Virus record (IMG/VR): IMGVR_UViG_3300006736_000004
Span: 15,108 to 79,107 of that record
Strand: one strand, 5' to 3'
Source: a virus
DNA: 64,000 bases
The notes under the pieces were generated by a model, which had not been told where the DNA came from, searched no databases, and worked only from the letters and a program-made list of their open reading frames with translations. Numbering within the stretch: position 1 is the first letter of the stretch; the number at the start of each line of letters is the position of its first letter. Below, piece after piece: positions 8,635 through 18,393 of the stretch. The translations under genes were made by a program, and so were the position numbers.

Positions 8635-9774
8635 ATGGCTTTTTCAGATGCCAATTCAGTCACAATCCGTTACGCGACGGAAGGGTCTTGGGGCGCGACA
8701 GTTGCGACCCCGGCGGTCACCCAACTCCGGGTCTTAAACGAAAGTTTTTCCCACGCCAAGGAAACTATCGTCTCAAATGAAATCGACTCCGGACGCCAAC
8801 GGACGGCGTTGCTTGAGGTTGCCGATAGTGCGGCGGGCGGCTTCGGCTTTGAGTTGATTTATGGTGAATATGAGACGTTTCTTGAGCAAGCCCTTCGCGG
8901 GACGATTTCAAGCGCCACTGTCACCATGACTTCGACTGTCGTTGTCGCGGCTTCGACCATCACCGGCCCTTCTGGCACCGACTTTGTCGCCAATTTCGCG
9001 GTCGGCCAATGGGTCAAGGTCAAGACCACGGACGATATCGTGAAGATTTCCGCCTTGACCTCGACGCTTATGACCATCGTTGGGACCACGCTGACCGCTT
9101 CGTCTTATTCGAGCGCGGCGATCACCGGGCGGACGCTGACCAACTCGACCACCAAAACCAGTTTCTTCATTGAAACGGATTTCGGGTCGGTGAACGCGAT
9201 CAAGTATCAAACCGGCATGAGGGTCAACACCGCCAATCTCACGGTCGCGGCTCAACAAATCGTTACCGGGACTTTCGAGTTTGTCGGGAAGCAGGGTTTC
9301 ACGGCATCGACCACGGTTGCATCTTCGGTGGTTACGTCGGCGGGGACCAATACTCCGATGACGAGCGCCGCCAATGTGTCGCGCATTCTGCATAATGATT
9401 CGGTCATTCAGTCTTCCATCAACTCGTTCTCCGTGGACATCAGCAACAACATGAGTCCGCGTCCCACGGTCGGATCGAAATTCTCTTCGGAGCCGGTCGA
9501 TGGCGGTTTGGATGTGACCGGCAACATCAACTTGTTCTTTGATCGGATCGACTTTTATGACGATCTTATCAATCACACATCGTTCTCTTTGGACTATGTG
9601 TTTCTTGACGCGGACGGCAATGCCGTGGTTGTCAGCTTGCCGGAGATTAAAGGAACGACGGGCGACCCATTGGCGGGCGGCAAGGATGAAGATGTGTTCT
9701 TATCGTTGGATTTCCAGGCGATCAAAGACCCGACCTTGGCTTACACCATAAGGATCGACTTCTTACCAACATAA
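8635..9774 (+). CDS. Major tail tube protein
   Basis: YATEGSWG, SNEID, SFFIETDF, FEFVGK, ISNNMSP, VTGNINLFF; synteny. Confidence 0.8.
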   Translation: MAFSDANSVTIRYATEGSWGATVATPAVTQLRVLNESFSHAKETIVSNEIDSGRQRTALLEVADSAAGGFGFELIYGEYETFLEQALRGTISSATVTMTSTVVVAASTITGPSGTDFVANFAVGQWVKVKTTDDIVKISALTSTLMTIVGTTLTASSYSSAAITGRTLTNSTTKTSFFIETDFGSVNAIKYQTGMRVNTANLTVAAQQIVTGTFEFVGKQGFTASTTVASSVVTSAGTNTPMTSAANVSRILHNDSVIQSSINSFSVDISNNMSPRPTVGSKFSSEPVDGGLDVTGNINLFFDRIDFYDDLINHTSFSLDYVFLDADGNAVVVSLPEIKGTTGDPLAGGKDEDVFLSLDFQAIKDPTLAYTIRIDFLPT

Positions 9775-9791
9775 ACTTAAGGAGGACAGGG

Positions 9792-10187
9792 ATGGACATA
9801 GGCAAAGCTTTTGCAAATCCAGAGGCGGAAAACAAAGGGGTTTGGGTTGAGTATCGGGACGGGAGCAAGATCAAGATTGCCCGAATCGGGAGCCTCACCT
9901 TTACCAAGGCTTATGACGGCGCTCTTAAGCCCCATAGGCGTAAGCAGAGAGCCGGGACGATGGACACGGTGCTTGAGACCCGGATTCTTTGCGAAGTTGT
10001 CTCCAAGACGATTCTCTTGGATTGGGAGGGTTTCACGAATGAGGGCAAGGAATATAAATATTCTCGCAAGCGGGCCTATGACCTTCTTTGGAGAAACATC
10101 GACTTCCGGAACGAGATTGTCGAGCTGGCAACGGTCGAAGAGACGTTCCACAAGGACGAGCAAGAGGATTCGGAAAAAAACTCATAA
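9792..10187 (+). CDS. Tail assembly chaperone (gpG-like)
   Basis: GVWVEY...IKIARIG, ILLDWEG; lies between tail tube and tape measure genes; slippery site at its 3' end. Confidence 0.8.
   Translation: MDIGKAFANPEAENKGVWVEYRDGSKIKIARIGSLTFTKAYDGALKPHRRKQRAGTMDTVLETRILCEVVSKTILLDWEGFTNEGKEYKYSRKRAYDLLWRNIDFRNEIVELATVEETFHKDEQEDSEKNS
10172..10181 (+). promoter_or_regulatory. Programmed -1 ribosomal frameshift site (G GAA AAA AAC; heptamer A AAA AAC)
   Basis: X XXY YYZ heptamer just before the gpG stop; the -1 frame stays open to 10507. Confidence 0.75.
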
Positions 10188-10507
10188 GCGTTCTTTCCTT
10201 CTATCTGGAATATTCAGAATCGCAAATTGCGTGGATGGAAGAACAGGACGAGCCACCCGGACCGTTAGCCCGACTGCAAGAAATCTATCCCGATCTTGTC
10301 CCCGTTTGGGAGTGCTTTTGGTTCCTTCATCCAAGCCGACCAACCGGCATGGATGTCGGGGCAATCCCATTGTCGGAAATCGTGACTTATTGGAAAGAAG
10401 TTGGTTTGGTTTCGGACCAAGAGGACTTGAGGGAAAAAGTCCGCTTGGTCCGTGTCATGGATACGGAATTTTTGAACCATCATCGGAGCAAGCCTGATGC
10501 CGTTTGA
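10172..10507 (+). CDS. Frameshift extension of the tail chaperone (gpT-like)
   Basis: -1 frame relative to 9792; motif WECFWFLHPSRPTGMDVGAIPLSEI; overlaps the tape measure start. Confidence 0.7.
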   Translation, partial: GKKLISVLSFYLEYSESQIAWMEEQDEPPGPLARLQEIYPDLVPVWECFWFLHPSRPTGMDVGAIPLSEIVTYWKEVGLVSDQEDLREKVRLVRVMDTEFLNHHRSKPDAV

Positions 10508-12833
10508 GACTACAATTGCAGTCAAGATCGACTCCAAAGGGGCTGCCACCGGCTCACGGATTGCCAAGGGCGAACTTCGTCAATTGAGCTTGGCGGCGAA
10601 CAAGGCGGAAGGGTCTTTTGATCGGGTCCGGAAAAGCGCCCGAAGCGCCGGAACCGCGTTGGCAAAATTCGTTGGCGCGGCGGCGGTTGCCACTTTCTTC
10701 ACGAAGGCGTCAAAGGGAGCGTTGGACTTTAGTACCGCAATGGCGGAGGTCTCGACCCTGATCCCCGGCACCTCCGCGCAAATGATGGCGCTGAATGAAC
10801 AAGCCTTGCAAATGTCCGAGACCTTTGCATCGACTCCAGCGGAGCAAGCCAAGGCTCTTTATCAAGTGATTTCTGCGGGAGCGGGTACAGCCGCGAAGCA
10901 AACCGAAGTCTTGACCGCCGCGAACAAGCTTGCGGTCGGCGGCGTCACCGACATTGAAACCGCCGCCGATGGCTTGACCAGCGTCTTGAATGCTTACGGG
11001 GCCAAGGTGAAGGGCTCGACGGACGTGACGGACACGATGTTTGTTGCGATGCGGGCGGGCAAAACGACCATCGGGGAGCTTTCCAGCTCCCTTGGTTTGG
11101 TCGCGCCGTTGGCCGAAACGACGGGCGTCAAGTTCACGGAACTAACCGCGACCGTCGCCGCTTTGACGAAGGGCGGCATTTCGACCCGGATTGCTGTCAG
11201 CGGCTTGCGGGGTATCTTGGCGGCGGTTGCCAAGCCGACCAAGGAAGCGCGGGACGAGGCGGAAAGGTTGGAGTTAGGCTTTAGTGTTGCCGCGATTGAG
11301 GCGGGCGGCTTTGCGAAGTTCTTGGACGAGGTTAAAACGAAGACCAAGGGGTCAACGGATTCCTTGGCGCAACTCTTCGGCGGCGTCGAGGCTTTAATCC
11401 CCATCCTCCGGTTGTCCGGGACCGGCTCCAAAGACTTCATCGAGATCATGAAGCAAATGGCGGATCGCTCCGGCGCGACGGAAGAGGCATTCCAGAAAAT
11501 CGCCAACTCCGTTCCGTTCCGGTTGGGTAAATTGAAATCAGAATTTTTATCATTCAGCACAAAGGTCGGACAGAGTTTTAACCGATCCCTAGTTCCGTCA
11601 ATGGAGCTTGTGAGAGACAACATAGGCTTCCTAAAGAACGCTCTTGTCGGCTTGACGGCGGCTTTTGCGGCCCGGACTGTTCTTGGCGCGGCGATTGCTT
11701 TCATAAAGTTTGCACGGGCGTTGACCATTGCAAGGGCGGCGTCCATAGCCTTGACCGCCGTTCAAAACGTTGGCAAGGCTGGTTTCGTGGTCTTGGCGGT
11801 TGTTGTCGCGCAAATCACGGGGTCATTTGACAAGCTCAAGGTAATCTTGGAAAACGCCAAAGAAGCGGCGAAACAATTTGTCGGGCCGGAAGCGTTGGGA
11901 AAGCTGCGAGAGGTATTGAAGTTTCTCAACATTGACACGAAGGCACTAGATAGGGAAATCACCAATCTTAATTCGACACTGGAGCAAGTCCAATTCGGTG
12001 GTGGGGCCGCGCCAGCGCCAGGGAGACAATCTCCCGCCGTGAAGGATGCTTCGGATTCTCTTAAAGACTTCGCCGCCTCGTTGAAAGACGAGGTCCGCAC
12101 ACCGACAGAAACCCATGAACAACAATTGCTTAGGATCAACGAAGCCATGACGACAGTCGATCAAACGACGGGCCAATATCTGATTACCCAAACGGAAGCA
12201 ACTCGCGCCACAGAACAAGCCAATCAAGCGTTTCTTGAAACCGACCCGCTTCTTTCTAGGGTTTCTTCCGGGATCGGGTCGTTCACGGACGGCTTGATTG
12301 ATGCCGCTGTCCAAGGAAAGAGCTTCGGGGAAACGATGAAATCGGTTTTCAAGAACATGGTCGGCACGATCCTAAAAGAGCTTGCGCGGATCGCGGCGTC
12401 GAAACTCTTATTCTGGTTGCTCGGTTTTGGGGGTTTTGGGGGCGGTGGGGGCGGTGGGGGCGGCGGCTTCATGAGCATGACGACGGTTGCCAAGGGCGGG
12501 GCTTTCAATCAAGGGAATATTATGCCCTTTGCCGGTGGCGGCATTGTCTCCAAGCCGACCGTGTTCCCGATGGCGGGTGGCGCTGGCTTGATGGGTGAGG
12601 CGGGGCCAGAGGCCATCCTTCCACTACGGCGCGGCCCAAGCGGCAAGCTAGGGGTGGAGTCCACCGGCAGAGGCGGCGTCACGATCAACATTGACGCTCG
12701 TGGGTCGAATGGAGACGCCGCCGTTGAAGCTGCTGTTGAGCGTGGCATTCGGAGAGCGTCACCGCAACTTATCAACGCTTCGGTGAACAGAGTTCAATCT
12801 GACCGCCAGCGCGATCCTAATTTCTTCAAATGA
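10497..12833 (+). CDS. Tape measure protein (TP901-like)
   Basis: Ala-rich helical protein with a PhageMin_Tail-like core (ALYQVISAG, GKTTIGELSSSLG) and C-terminal GLMGEAGPEAILPL. Confidence 0.9.
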   Translation: MPFETTIAVKIDSKGAATGSRIAKGELRQLSLAANKAEGSFDRVRKSARSAGTALAKFVGAAAVATFFTKASKGALDFSTAMAEVSTLIPGTSAQMMALNEQALQMSETFASTPAEQAKALYQVISAGAGTAAKQTEVLTAANKLAVGGVTDIETAADGLTSVLNAYGAKVKGSTDVTDTMFVAMRAGKTTIGELSSSLGLVAPLAETTGVKFTELTATVAALTKGGISTRIAVSGLRGILAAVAKPTKEARDEAERLELGFSVAAIEAGGFAKFLDEVKTKTKGSTDSLAQLFGGVEALIPILRLSGTGSKDFIEIMKQMADRSGATEEAFQKIANSVPFRLGKLKSEFLSFSTKVGQSFNRSLVPSMELVRDNIGFLKNALVGLTAAFAARTVLGAAIAFIKFARALTIARAASIALTAVQNVGKAGFVVLAVVVAQITGSFDKLKVILENAKEAAKQFVGPEALGKLREVLKFLNIDTKALDREITNLNSTLEQVQFGGGAAPAPGRQSPAVKDASDSLKDFAASLKDEVRTPTETHEQQLLRINEAMTTVDQTTGQYLITQTEATRATEQANQAFLETDPLLSRVSSGIGSFTDGLIDAAVQGKSFGETMKSVFKNMVGTILKELARIAASKLLFWLLGFGGFGGGGGGGGGGFMSMTTVAKGGAFNQGNIMPFAGGGIVSKPTVFPMAGGAGLMGEAGPEAILPLRRGPSGKLGVESTGRGGVTINIDARGSNGDAAVEAAVERGIRRASPQLINASVNRVQSDRQRDPNFFK

Positions 12834-12845
12834 TCGGGGTGACTC

Positions 12846-13472
12846 ATGGCGATTACATTCCCCCGCACGATCCCGTCAGCGATGAAATTCCAGGCTGCTA
12901 CTCCGAAGGTAAATTCCTCCGTTGCGGTAGCTAGGTCAATATTCACGGGCCAAGAGCAAGTCGTTGCCCATCAAGGCCAATGGTGGTCGGCTGACCTTTC
13001 CGTTGCGCCGTTGGAGCGGGCCGACGCCGGGGCGATAACGGCTTGGCTTGTGTCATTGAACGGGCGGGAGAAAACACTTCTTTTTGGCGATCCGGCGGCG
13101 GCGACCCCTCAAGGAAGTGCCTCGTCGGCTCCGGGGACGCCGGTTGTCAATGGAGCCAGCCAAGCCGGGGCGGCCTTGATATGCGATGGCGCTCCGAATG
13201 ATGCCGCCGGTTATCTTAAAGAAGGCGATTATGTCCAGCTTGGGTCCGGGGCAACGGCGCGGCTTTATATGGTGCTTGAAGATGTCACGGCGGATGGAAG
13301 CGGGAACTTTACACTCAATATATGGCCCAACCTTAGAAGCTCCCCGGATAACGATGCGACGTTAGTCGTAAGTAGCGCGGTCGGGCGGTTCCGGCTGGCG
13401 GAGAATGTCCGACAATGGGATTTGCAGACGATCATTTATGGATTTTCATTCGGCATCGTTGAGGCATTCTAA
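12846..13472 (+). CDS. Distal tail protein
   Basis: SIFTGQEQV, LVSLNGR, LKEGDYVQLG, IWPNLR; directly after the tape measure gene. Confidence 0.7.
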   Translation: MAITFPRTIPSAMKFQAATPKVNSSVAVARSIFTGQEQVVAHQGQWWSADLSVAPLERADAGAITAWLVSLNGREKTLLFGDPAAATPQGSASSAPGTPVVNGASQAGAALICDGAPNDAAGYLKEGDYVQLGSGATARLYMVLEDVTADGSGNFTLNIWPNLRSSPDNDATLVVSSAVGRFRLAENVRQWDLQTIIYGFSFGIVEAF

Positions 13473-14029
13473 TGGCCCGCATACTTGCATCCGCGATTGT
13501 GGACGAAGTTACGGCAGCATCTTTACGGCCTATCACCCTTGTAGATTTTGAGTTTGATGGCGGGTCAATTTTCTTCTGGAATGGCGTGGGCAACACCACG
13601 ATTGCTTCAACCGTTTATTCGGGCATTGGTAGCGTTCTCACCATAAGCCCAATCAAAGAAACAGAGGCCGTCAAATCAACCGGCGTGAATATCAGCTTGA
13701 ACGGGATTCAATCCGATCTTTTGTCAAACGCTTTCGGTGAAGATTATCAAGATCGACCAGTGACAATTTGGCTTGGCTTCATGAATTCGGACAATGTTTT
13801 CATTGATCGTGTCCAGCTTTTCAAGGGTCGGATGGACGTGGTGACGATTGTTGAGTCCGGGCCAACGGCGATGATCACGATTTCTGCGGAAAACATCTTG
13901 GTCAGTTTGGAGCGCAGCCGAAACCGGAGGTTCACGGACCAAGACCAGCAAAAACAATTTCCCGGCGATCTTGGCTTTCAATATGTTGTGTCACTCCAAC
14001 AAAAAGAAGTGACGTGGGGATTTACTTGA
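13472..14029 (+). CDS. Tail tip / hub protein (gpL-like)
   Basis: YSGIGSVLTIS, FKGRMD, RRFTDQDQQKQFPGDLGFQYV, VTWG. Confidence 0.75.
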   Translation: MARILASAIVDEVTAASLRPITLVDFEFDGGSIFFWNGVGNTTIASTVYSGIGSVLTISPIKETEAVKSTGVNISLNGIQSDLLSNAFGEDYQDRPVTIWLGFMNSDNVFIDRVQLFKGRMDVVTIVESGPTAMITISAENILVSLERSRNRRFTDQDQQKQFPGDLGFQYVVSLQQKEVTWGFT

Positions 14030-14062
14030 GAAAGACTAAAGACGAGGTTTGCGGATAGGATA

Positions 14063-17014
14063 ATGTCGGATTTTATTAAATATATAATGGATTACATTAC
14101 GGAATTACTTAGTCCGGCGTGTCGGATTGGCATTAAGGACTTCATTGACGATATTATCGAGACAATATCCGATGTAATTGAAGACGTAGCTGATTTTTTT
14201 GTTGACACTTTCAACGAGGTGGTTGGGTTCTTTGCGCCGGAACCGCAAGAGCCAAATCTTACAAGCTTCGCCGCCGAATCACAGGGGCGTGTCCGCCAGT
14301 TCAAGCAACCTATCACCGCCCATAGATTTGTTTATGGGGAATTTCGGCTGTCCGGTCCGCTGACCTTCATTGACGTATCTTTAGACAACAACAAGATACA
14401 TTTGATTATCACGCTTGCAGCGCACCCCGTACAAGCAATCGAAGACATTTATTTCGGGGACGAAGTCATCCCGTCAGACGCTATCGACGGGACCACGGGC
14501 GTTGTTTCTTCGGGGCGGTTTGCAAACACGGCCCGGATTTTTAAATCGCTTGGCGACGAAGGCGCGGCACAACCATTTCCAGCATTGGTGAGCGCGACTA
14601 CTGCATGGACGACCAATCATTTGCAGCAAGGACGTGCTAAGATTTACGTCAGCTTGGCATTCGATAAGGACGTTTATCCGCGAGGCGTTCCGGCGATTTC
14701 AGCGTGGGTCAAGGGGAAAAAGGTTGTCGATCCACGCAATTCCTCAACCGAGGCGTGGACGGTAAATCCCGTTTTGATTATCAGAGATTACATGACGACT
14801 TCGACGGTTGATGGCGGCGGCGGGGCAACGACACTTGAGTTCGATGACACTTTTACAAATTCAGCGGCGAACACTTCCGAAGAAATTGTCAGCACTCAAC
14901 GGATAGATACCGTCATCACGGCTGTTGACACAGCAACCGATATTGCCACGCTAATTGGGTCAACCATTGAAATTTTCACCGGAGACCGGGTCCGGGTATC
15001 GGCAACCACTTCCACCATAGGCGGATTGTCGGCGGGGGTTGATTATTATGTCATCGCAACCCAAAGACTAGACACGGCACGAATCCAATTCGCCTCGACC
15101 TATGCTCTGGCGCTTGCCGGGACCGCTAAATCATTGACAACCTCTGGAGAAGGCCAACAATCCGTTTTCAAGACCGGGGAGCCTCGTTATACCATGAACG
15201 GTTTTTTGCAGGTGGACCGGACGCCAGCCGCCATGATCGGGGATGCGCTTACGTCGATGGCGGGCCAAATGATTTATGCAAGCGGAACGTGGCGCATGAA
15301 AGCTGGCGTTTATACCGCGCCGACGATCACGCTTGATGAAAATGACTTCATTTCGGGGATAACCCTTCAAACGAGAATCGGGCGTAGATCAAGATTTAAT
15401 GCGGTCAAAGGTATCTACGTCACTAGCCTCAACCTTGACCAACCTGCTGATTATCCATCCGTTACTAATGCGACCTATGAAACCGAGGATAACGGTGAGC
15501 GCACCTTCCGAGAGCTTGATTTGAAAAACACCAATAGACCGCAAACGGCGTCACGTCTTGCAAAGATTAGCTTGGAACGACATCGGCAAATGATTTCGTT
15601 CAGAGCAACAACCACGCTCAAAGGATTGCAATTGCAAGCTGGCGATACGGTGTCGATTGACAATGCCCGCTTTGGGTGGTCGGCCAAAGTATTTGAGGTC
15701 GGAGAATGGCGGTTGATTCAAGTCGCCAATGAAGGAAACCCGACGCTTGGTTGTGAAATGTCTTTCCGTGAAACCGCCACTACGGTCTTTGATTGGAACA
15801 GCGGGGAGGAAACCGTTGTTGATCCAGCGGCAAACTCTAGTTTGCCGGATATGTTCACCGTTCTCCCGCCGGAAGGTCTTGAGGTCAACGAAGAGCTTTA
15901 TTCCACTCGAAATATCGGGGTCAAAGCGCGGGGAATTATCTCTTGGATGGCTCCCAATGATTTGAGCATTGTCGAATATGAAGTCCAACAACAACAGACA
16001 CAAGACAAGGACGGTAACGCCGTTACGGAGAGTTTTTCGGTTATCGCCAGGACGACGGAAGTGTTTTTGATCGTCTATGACATAGAGCCGGGGGTTTATA
16101 ATATCCGGGTGAAGTCTTTGAGTTTGTTGGGGGTGTCGTCTGATTTTACAACCAAACCAAATCAAGAAATCTTTGGACTTTTGGCCCCGCCCACGGAGCC
16201 GCAAAATCTTACAATTAGCGCGGTGAGTGGTTCTGCAATCCTTCGATGGGATGCCACCCCGGATTTGGATGTCAAGGTTGGCGGGACGTATATTTTCCGA
16301 CACGATAATGCTCTGACAGGAGCCTCATGGGGGACTTCGGTCGGGATCGGGACGGCAATCGCCGGATCGGAGACGACGGTTTCCTTGCCTCTTAAATCGG
16401 GGACGTATCTCGCCAAAGCCAAAGACAGTTCCAATGTTGAAAGCACGGATGCGGCATCTGTTTCCACGAAACAAGCCACGGCGGCGAATTTCACGCTTGC
16501 GTCAACCATCACCGAAAGCACGAATTTTCCCGGCTCGACAACCAATGTTGTGGTTGGTGATGGAATGATAAAGCTAACGGCGTCTGGTTTGATCGACAGC
16601 GTTGCCGACTTTTCCACGATAGCCGACATAGACGGGCTTGGCGGTCTTCACGATTCCGGAATTTATCTTTTCAACACGGCCTTCGATTGGACGACGGTTC
16701 TTTCAAAGCGATACACCACAACCGTTGTTGCCGCAATCCTCAACGCCAACGATCTTATGGATTCCAAAACAGACTTGATTGACACTTGGACGACATTCGA
16801 CGGTGACGAAACAAGCGGTGCCGACGCGAGAGTGTATGTGAGAGAAACCGACGATGATCCTTCCGGGTCTCCGACATGGTCGTCTTGGAATTTATTGGAT
16901 AGTGCGGACCTCACGGCGAGAGCCGTTCAATTCCGGATGATTCTGACAACCACGGATTCGGCCTTCAATATCCAAGTTTCCGAATTGAGCGTGGCGGCGG
17001 ATACCGCTGGTTAA
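14063..17014 (+). CDS. Tail tip / central fibre protein (lambda J-like) with FN3-like domains
   Basis: FVYGEFRLSG, VKGKKVVDPR, NPVLIIRDYM, RFNAVKGIY, LQAGDTV, PGVYNIRVKS. Confidence 0.85.
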   Translation: MSDFIKYIMDYITELLSPACRIGIKDFIDDIIETISDVIEDVADFFVDTFNEVVGFFAPEPQEPNLTSFAAESQGRVRQFKQPITAHRFVYGEFRLSGPLTFIDVSLDNNKIHLIITLAAHPVQAIEDIYFGDEVIPSDAIDGTTGVVSSGRFANTARIFKSLGDEGAAQPFPALVSATTAWTTNHLQQGRAKIYVSLAFDKDVYPRGVPAISAWVKGKKVVDPRNSSTEAWTVNPVLIIRDYMTTSTVDGGGGATTLEFDDTFTNSAANTSEEIVSTQRIDTVITAVDTATDIATLIGSTIEIFTGDRVRVSATTSTIGGLSAGVDYYVIATQRLDTARIQFASTYALALAGTAKSLTTSGEGQQSVFKTGEPRYTMNGFLQVDRTPAAMIGDALTSMAGQMIYASGTWRMKAGVYTAPTITLDENDFISGITLQTRIGRRSRFNAVKGIYVTSLNLDQPADYPSVTNATYETEDNGERTFRELDLKNTNRPQTASRLAKISLERHRQMISFRATTTLKGLQLQAGDTVSIDNARFGWSAKVFEVGEWRLIQVANEGNPTLGCEMSFRETATTVFDWNSGEETVVDPAANSSLPDMFTVLPPEGLEVNEELYSTRNIGVKARGIISWMAPNDLSIVEYEVQQQQTQDKDGNAVTESFSVIARTTEVFLIVYDIEPGVYNIRVKSLSLLGVSSDFTTKPNQEIFGLLAPPTEPQNLTISAVSGSAILRWDATPDLDVKVGGTYIFRHDNALTGASWGTSVGIGTAIAGSETTVSLPLKSGTYLAKAKDSSNVESTDAASVSTKQATAANFTLASTITESTNFPGSTTNVVVGDGMIKLTASGLIDSVADFSTIADIDGLGGLHDSGIYLFNTAFDWTTVLSKRYTTTVVAAILNANDLMDSKTDLIDTWTTFDGDETSGADARVYVRETDDDPSGSPTWSSWNLLDSADLTARAVQFRMILTTTDSAFNIQVSELSVAADTAG

Positions 17015-17045
17015 TTAACACAAGATGCAGTAAAAGGAACGGGCG

Positions 17046-17684
17046 ATGGCACAACATGATTACAATTTAGCGAATGCAAGCGGGGCGTCCTTCCGGTCGG
17101 ACCTCAACAACGCTTTGGCGGCGGTTCTATCAAATAACTCGTCAACCGTTGCGCCGGGGGCTACCACACAAACGATGCAATGGGCGGACGTTTCTGCATT
17201 GGTCATGAACCTCCGCAATGCCGGGGACACCGCTTGGATCAAGGTTTTCAAATTCACGGCATCGACAATCATCCCATACATTCAATCTTCGGCGGGTGCT
17301 TCGGTGTTGGGGTCGGCCATCGTCCAGCGGACGGAGAATAATCTTTTTTCCAAATCTCAACGCGGAGCAATTGCGTCGGTATCCTATGCGTCGGCAATAG
17401 TTCTTTCATTTAATGACGCCAATAATTTCAAAATCAACACCCTTACGGGGAATTTAACTATTTCCAATCCGTCATCTATCGCCGCTTCACCGGGGCAAGG
17501 TGGGTCGATTTGGACAACGCAAGACGGCACGGGAAGCCGGACGGTTTCCTTTGGGTCTATGTTCAAATTCCCGGCGGGGACAGCGCCAACGGCCAGCACG
17601 GCAAGCGGGGCGACGGACCGCACGGATTACAAGGTCCGCGATGCTTCAACCATTGATGCGAACATGGCTTTGAATGTGAGCTAA
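17046..17684 (+). CDS. Tail fibre protein
   Basis: N-terminus MAQHDYNLANASGASFRSDLNNAL; C-terminal TLTGNLTISNP...QDGTGSRTVSF...TDRTDY fibre domain. Confidence 0.75.
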   Translation: MAQHDYNLANASGASFRSDLNNALAAVLSNNSSTVAPGATTQTMQWADVSALVMNLRNAGDTAWIKVFKFTASTIIPYIQSSAGASVLGSAIVQRTENNLFSKSQRGAIASVSYASAIVLSFNDANNFKINTLTGNLTISNPSSIAASPGQGGSIWTTQDGTGSRTVSFGSMFKFPAGTAPTASTASGATDRTDYKVRDASTIDANMALNVS

Positions 17685-17686
17685 TT

Positions 17687-18301
17687 ATGTGGCCCCCATA
17701 TAAGCATTTTATTACTCTTGAAAGGCCGCGCCTAGTCGAGCATCCGAAGATGTCTTTGATGGGAGAAGACTCTTTAATGATGGGTGTTGCTGGCGCGGGC
17801 TGCGACACTACTTCCAGTTCCTCCGGGGAGTGGAACGGAGCAACTGGTTCTTTTACGTTTAGTGGGGATGGCGTTGACTGCAACGCAGGTGATAAAGCCA
17901 TTAGAACAAACGACACATTTACTGATGATTTCACGATTACTTACACACAAACTACCGGAATATATATGGTTATTGGCGTTTATGACATTGCCGAAGATGG
18001 AACATTTGTCTCGACTGGACAAGGCCACGGTGGCATGGGCTCCATGGTTAGAAGTTGGTATTGGGAATACAACGCCAACGGTCAAACGGTCTATGGGGGA
18101 GAGAATCAAAGTGCGGAAACTATAGCTGATGGTTCGGTGATGAGGTTGGAGCGCAGATCAGGCGTGGTCAAGCTTTACGATGACGATGCTGAAATCTATG
18201 AATGGTCGCAAACGTTTACCCCCGCTGTCGAGGTGCGGATTGTTACCGGCGCACATGCCAGCCACCCAGATCTTGACGGTGTGAGCTGGAAACCTTGTTA
18301 A
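17687..18301 (+). CDS. Fibre-associated beta-sandwich (SPRY/ConA-like) protein; contains the junction repeat and may be a hybrid
   Basis: Follows the tail fibre gene; a paralogous copy starts at 63612. The fold call is inference from the beta-rich pattern. Confidence 0.55.
   Translation: MWPPYKHFITLERPRLVEHPKMSLMGEDSLMMGVAGAGCDTTSSSSGEWNGATGSFTFSGDGVDCNAGDKAIRTNDTFTDDFTITYTQTTGIYMVIGVYDIAEDGTFVSTGQGHGGMGSMVRSWYWEYNANGQTVYGGENQSAETIADGSVMRLERRSGVVKLYDDDAEIYEWSQTFTPAVEVRIVTGAHASHPDLDGVSWKPC
17801..18135 (+). repeat. Direct repeat copy 1 (335 bp; partner 63666..64000; offset 45,865 bp)
   Basis: Manual alignment: no indels, 24 mismatches in the first 255 bp (mostly synonymous), last 80 bp identical up to the window end. 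Confidence 0.97.
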
Positions 18302-18393
18302 GAAGATACGGCATACGAAAAAGAAATATGGGGCATACATCTGAATGGAGTCCAGTTAGTGAACAAAAACTTTAACGTGTTGAGAGGTGCATA

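Noticed and set aside
12423-12468. G-rich run as a G-quadruplex or contingency locus
   Set aside because: Explained by a poly-Gly linker in the tape measure protein.
17367-17378. Match GCAATTGCGTCG in the siphovirus fibre gene to the centre of predicted TIGR target 1
   Set aside because: Only 12 of 18 positions match; given the number of registers and arrangements tried, this can arise by chance in 64 kb.
17801-18135. Diverged repeat pair as a diversity-generating retroelement (TR/VR)
   Set aside because: Mismatches are mostly synonymous third-position changes and are not adenine-specific, both copies are coding, and no reverse transcriptase is visible.
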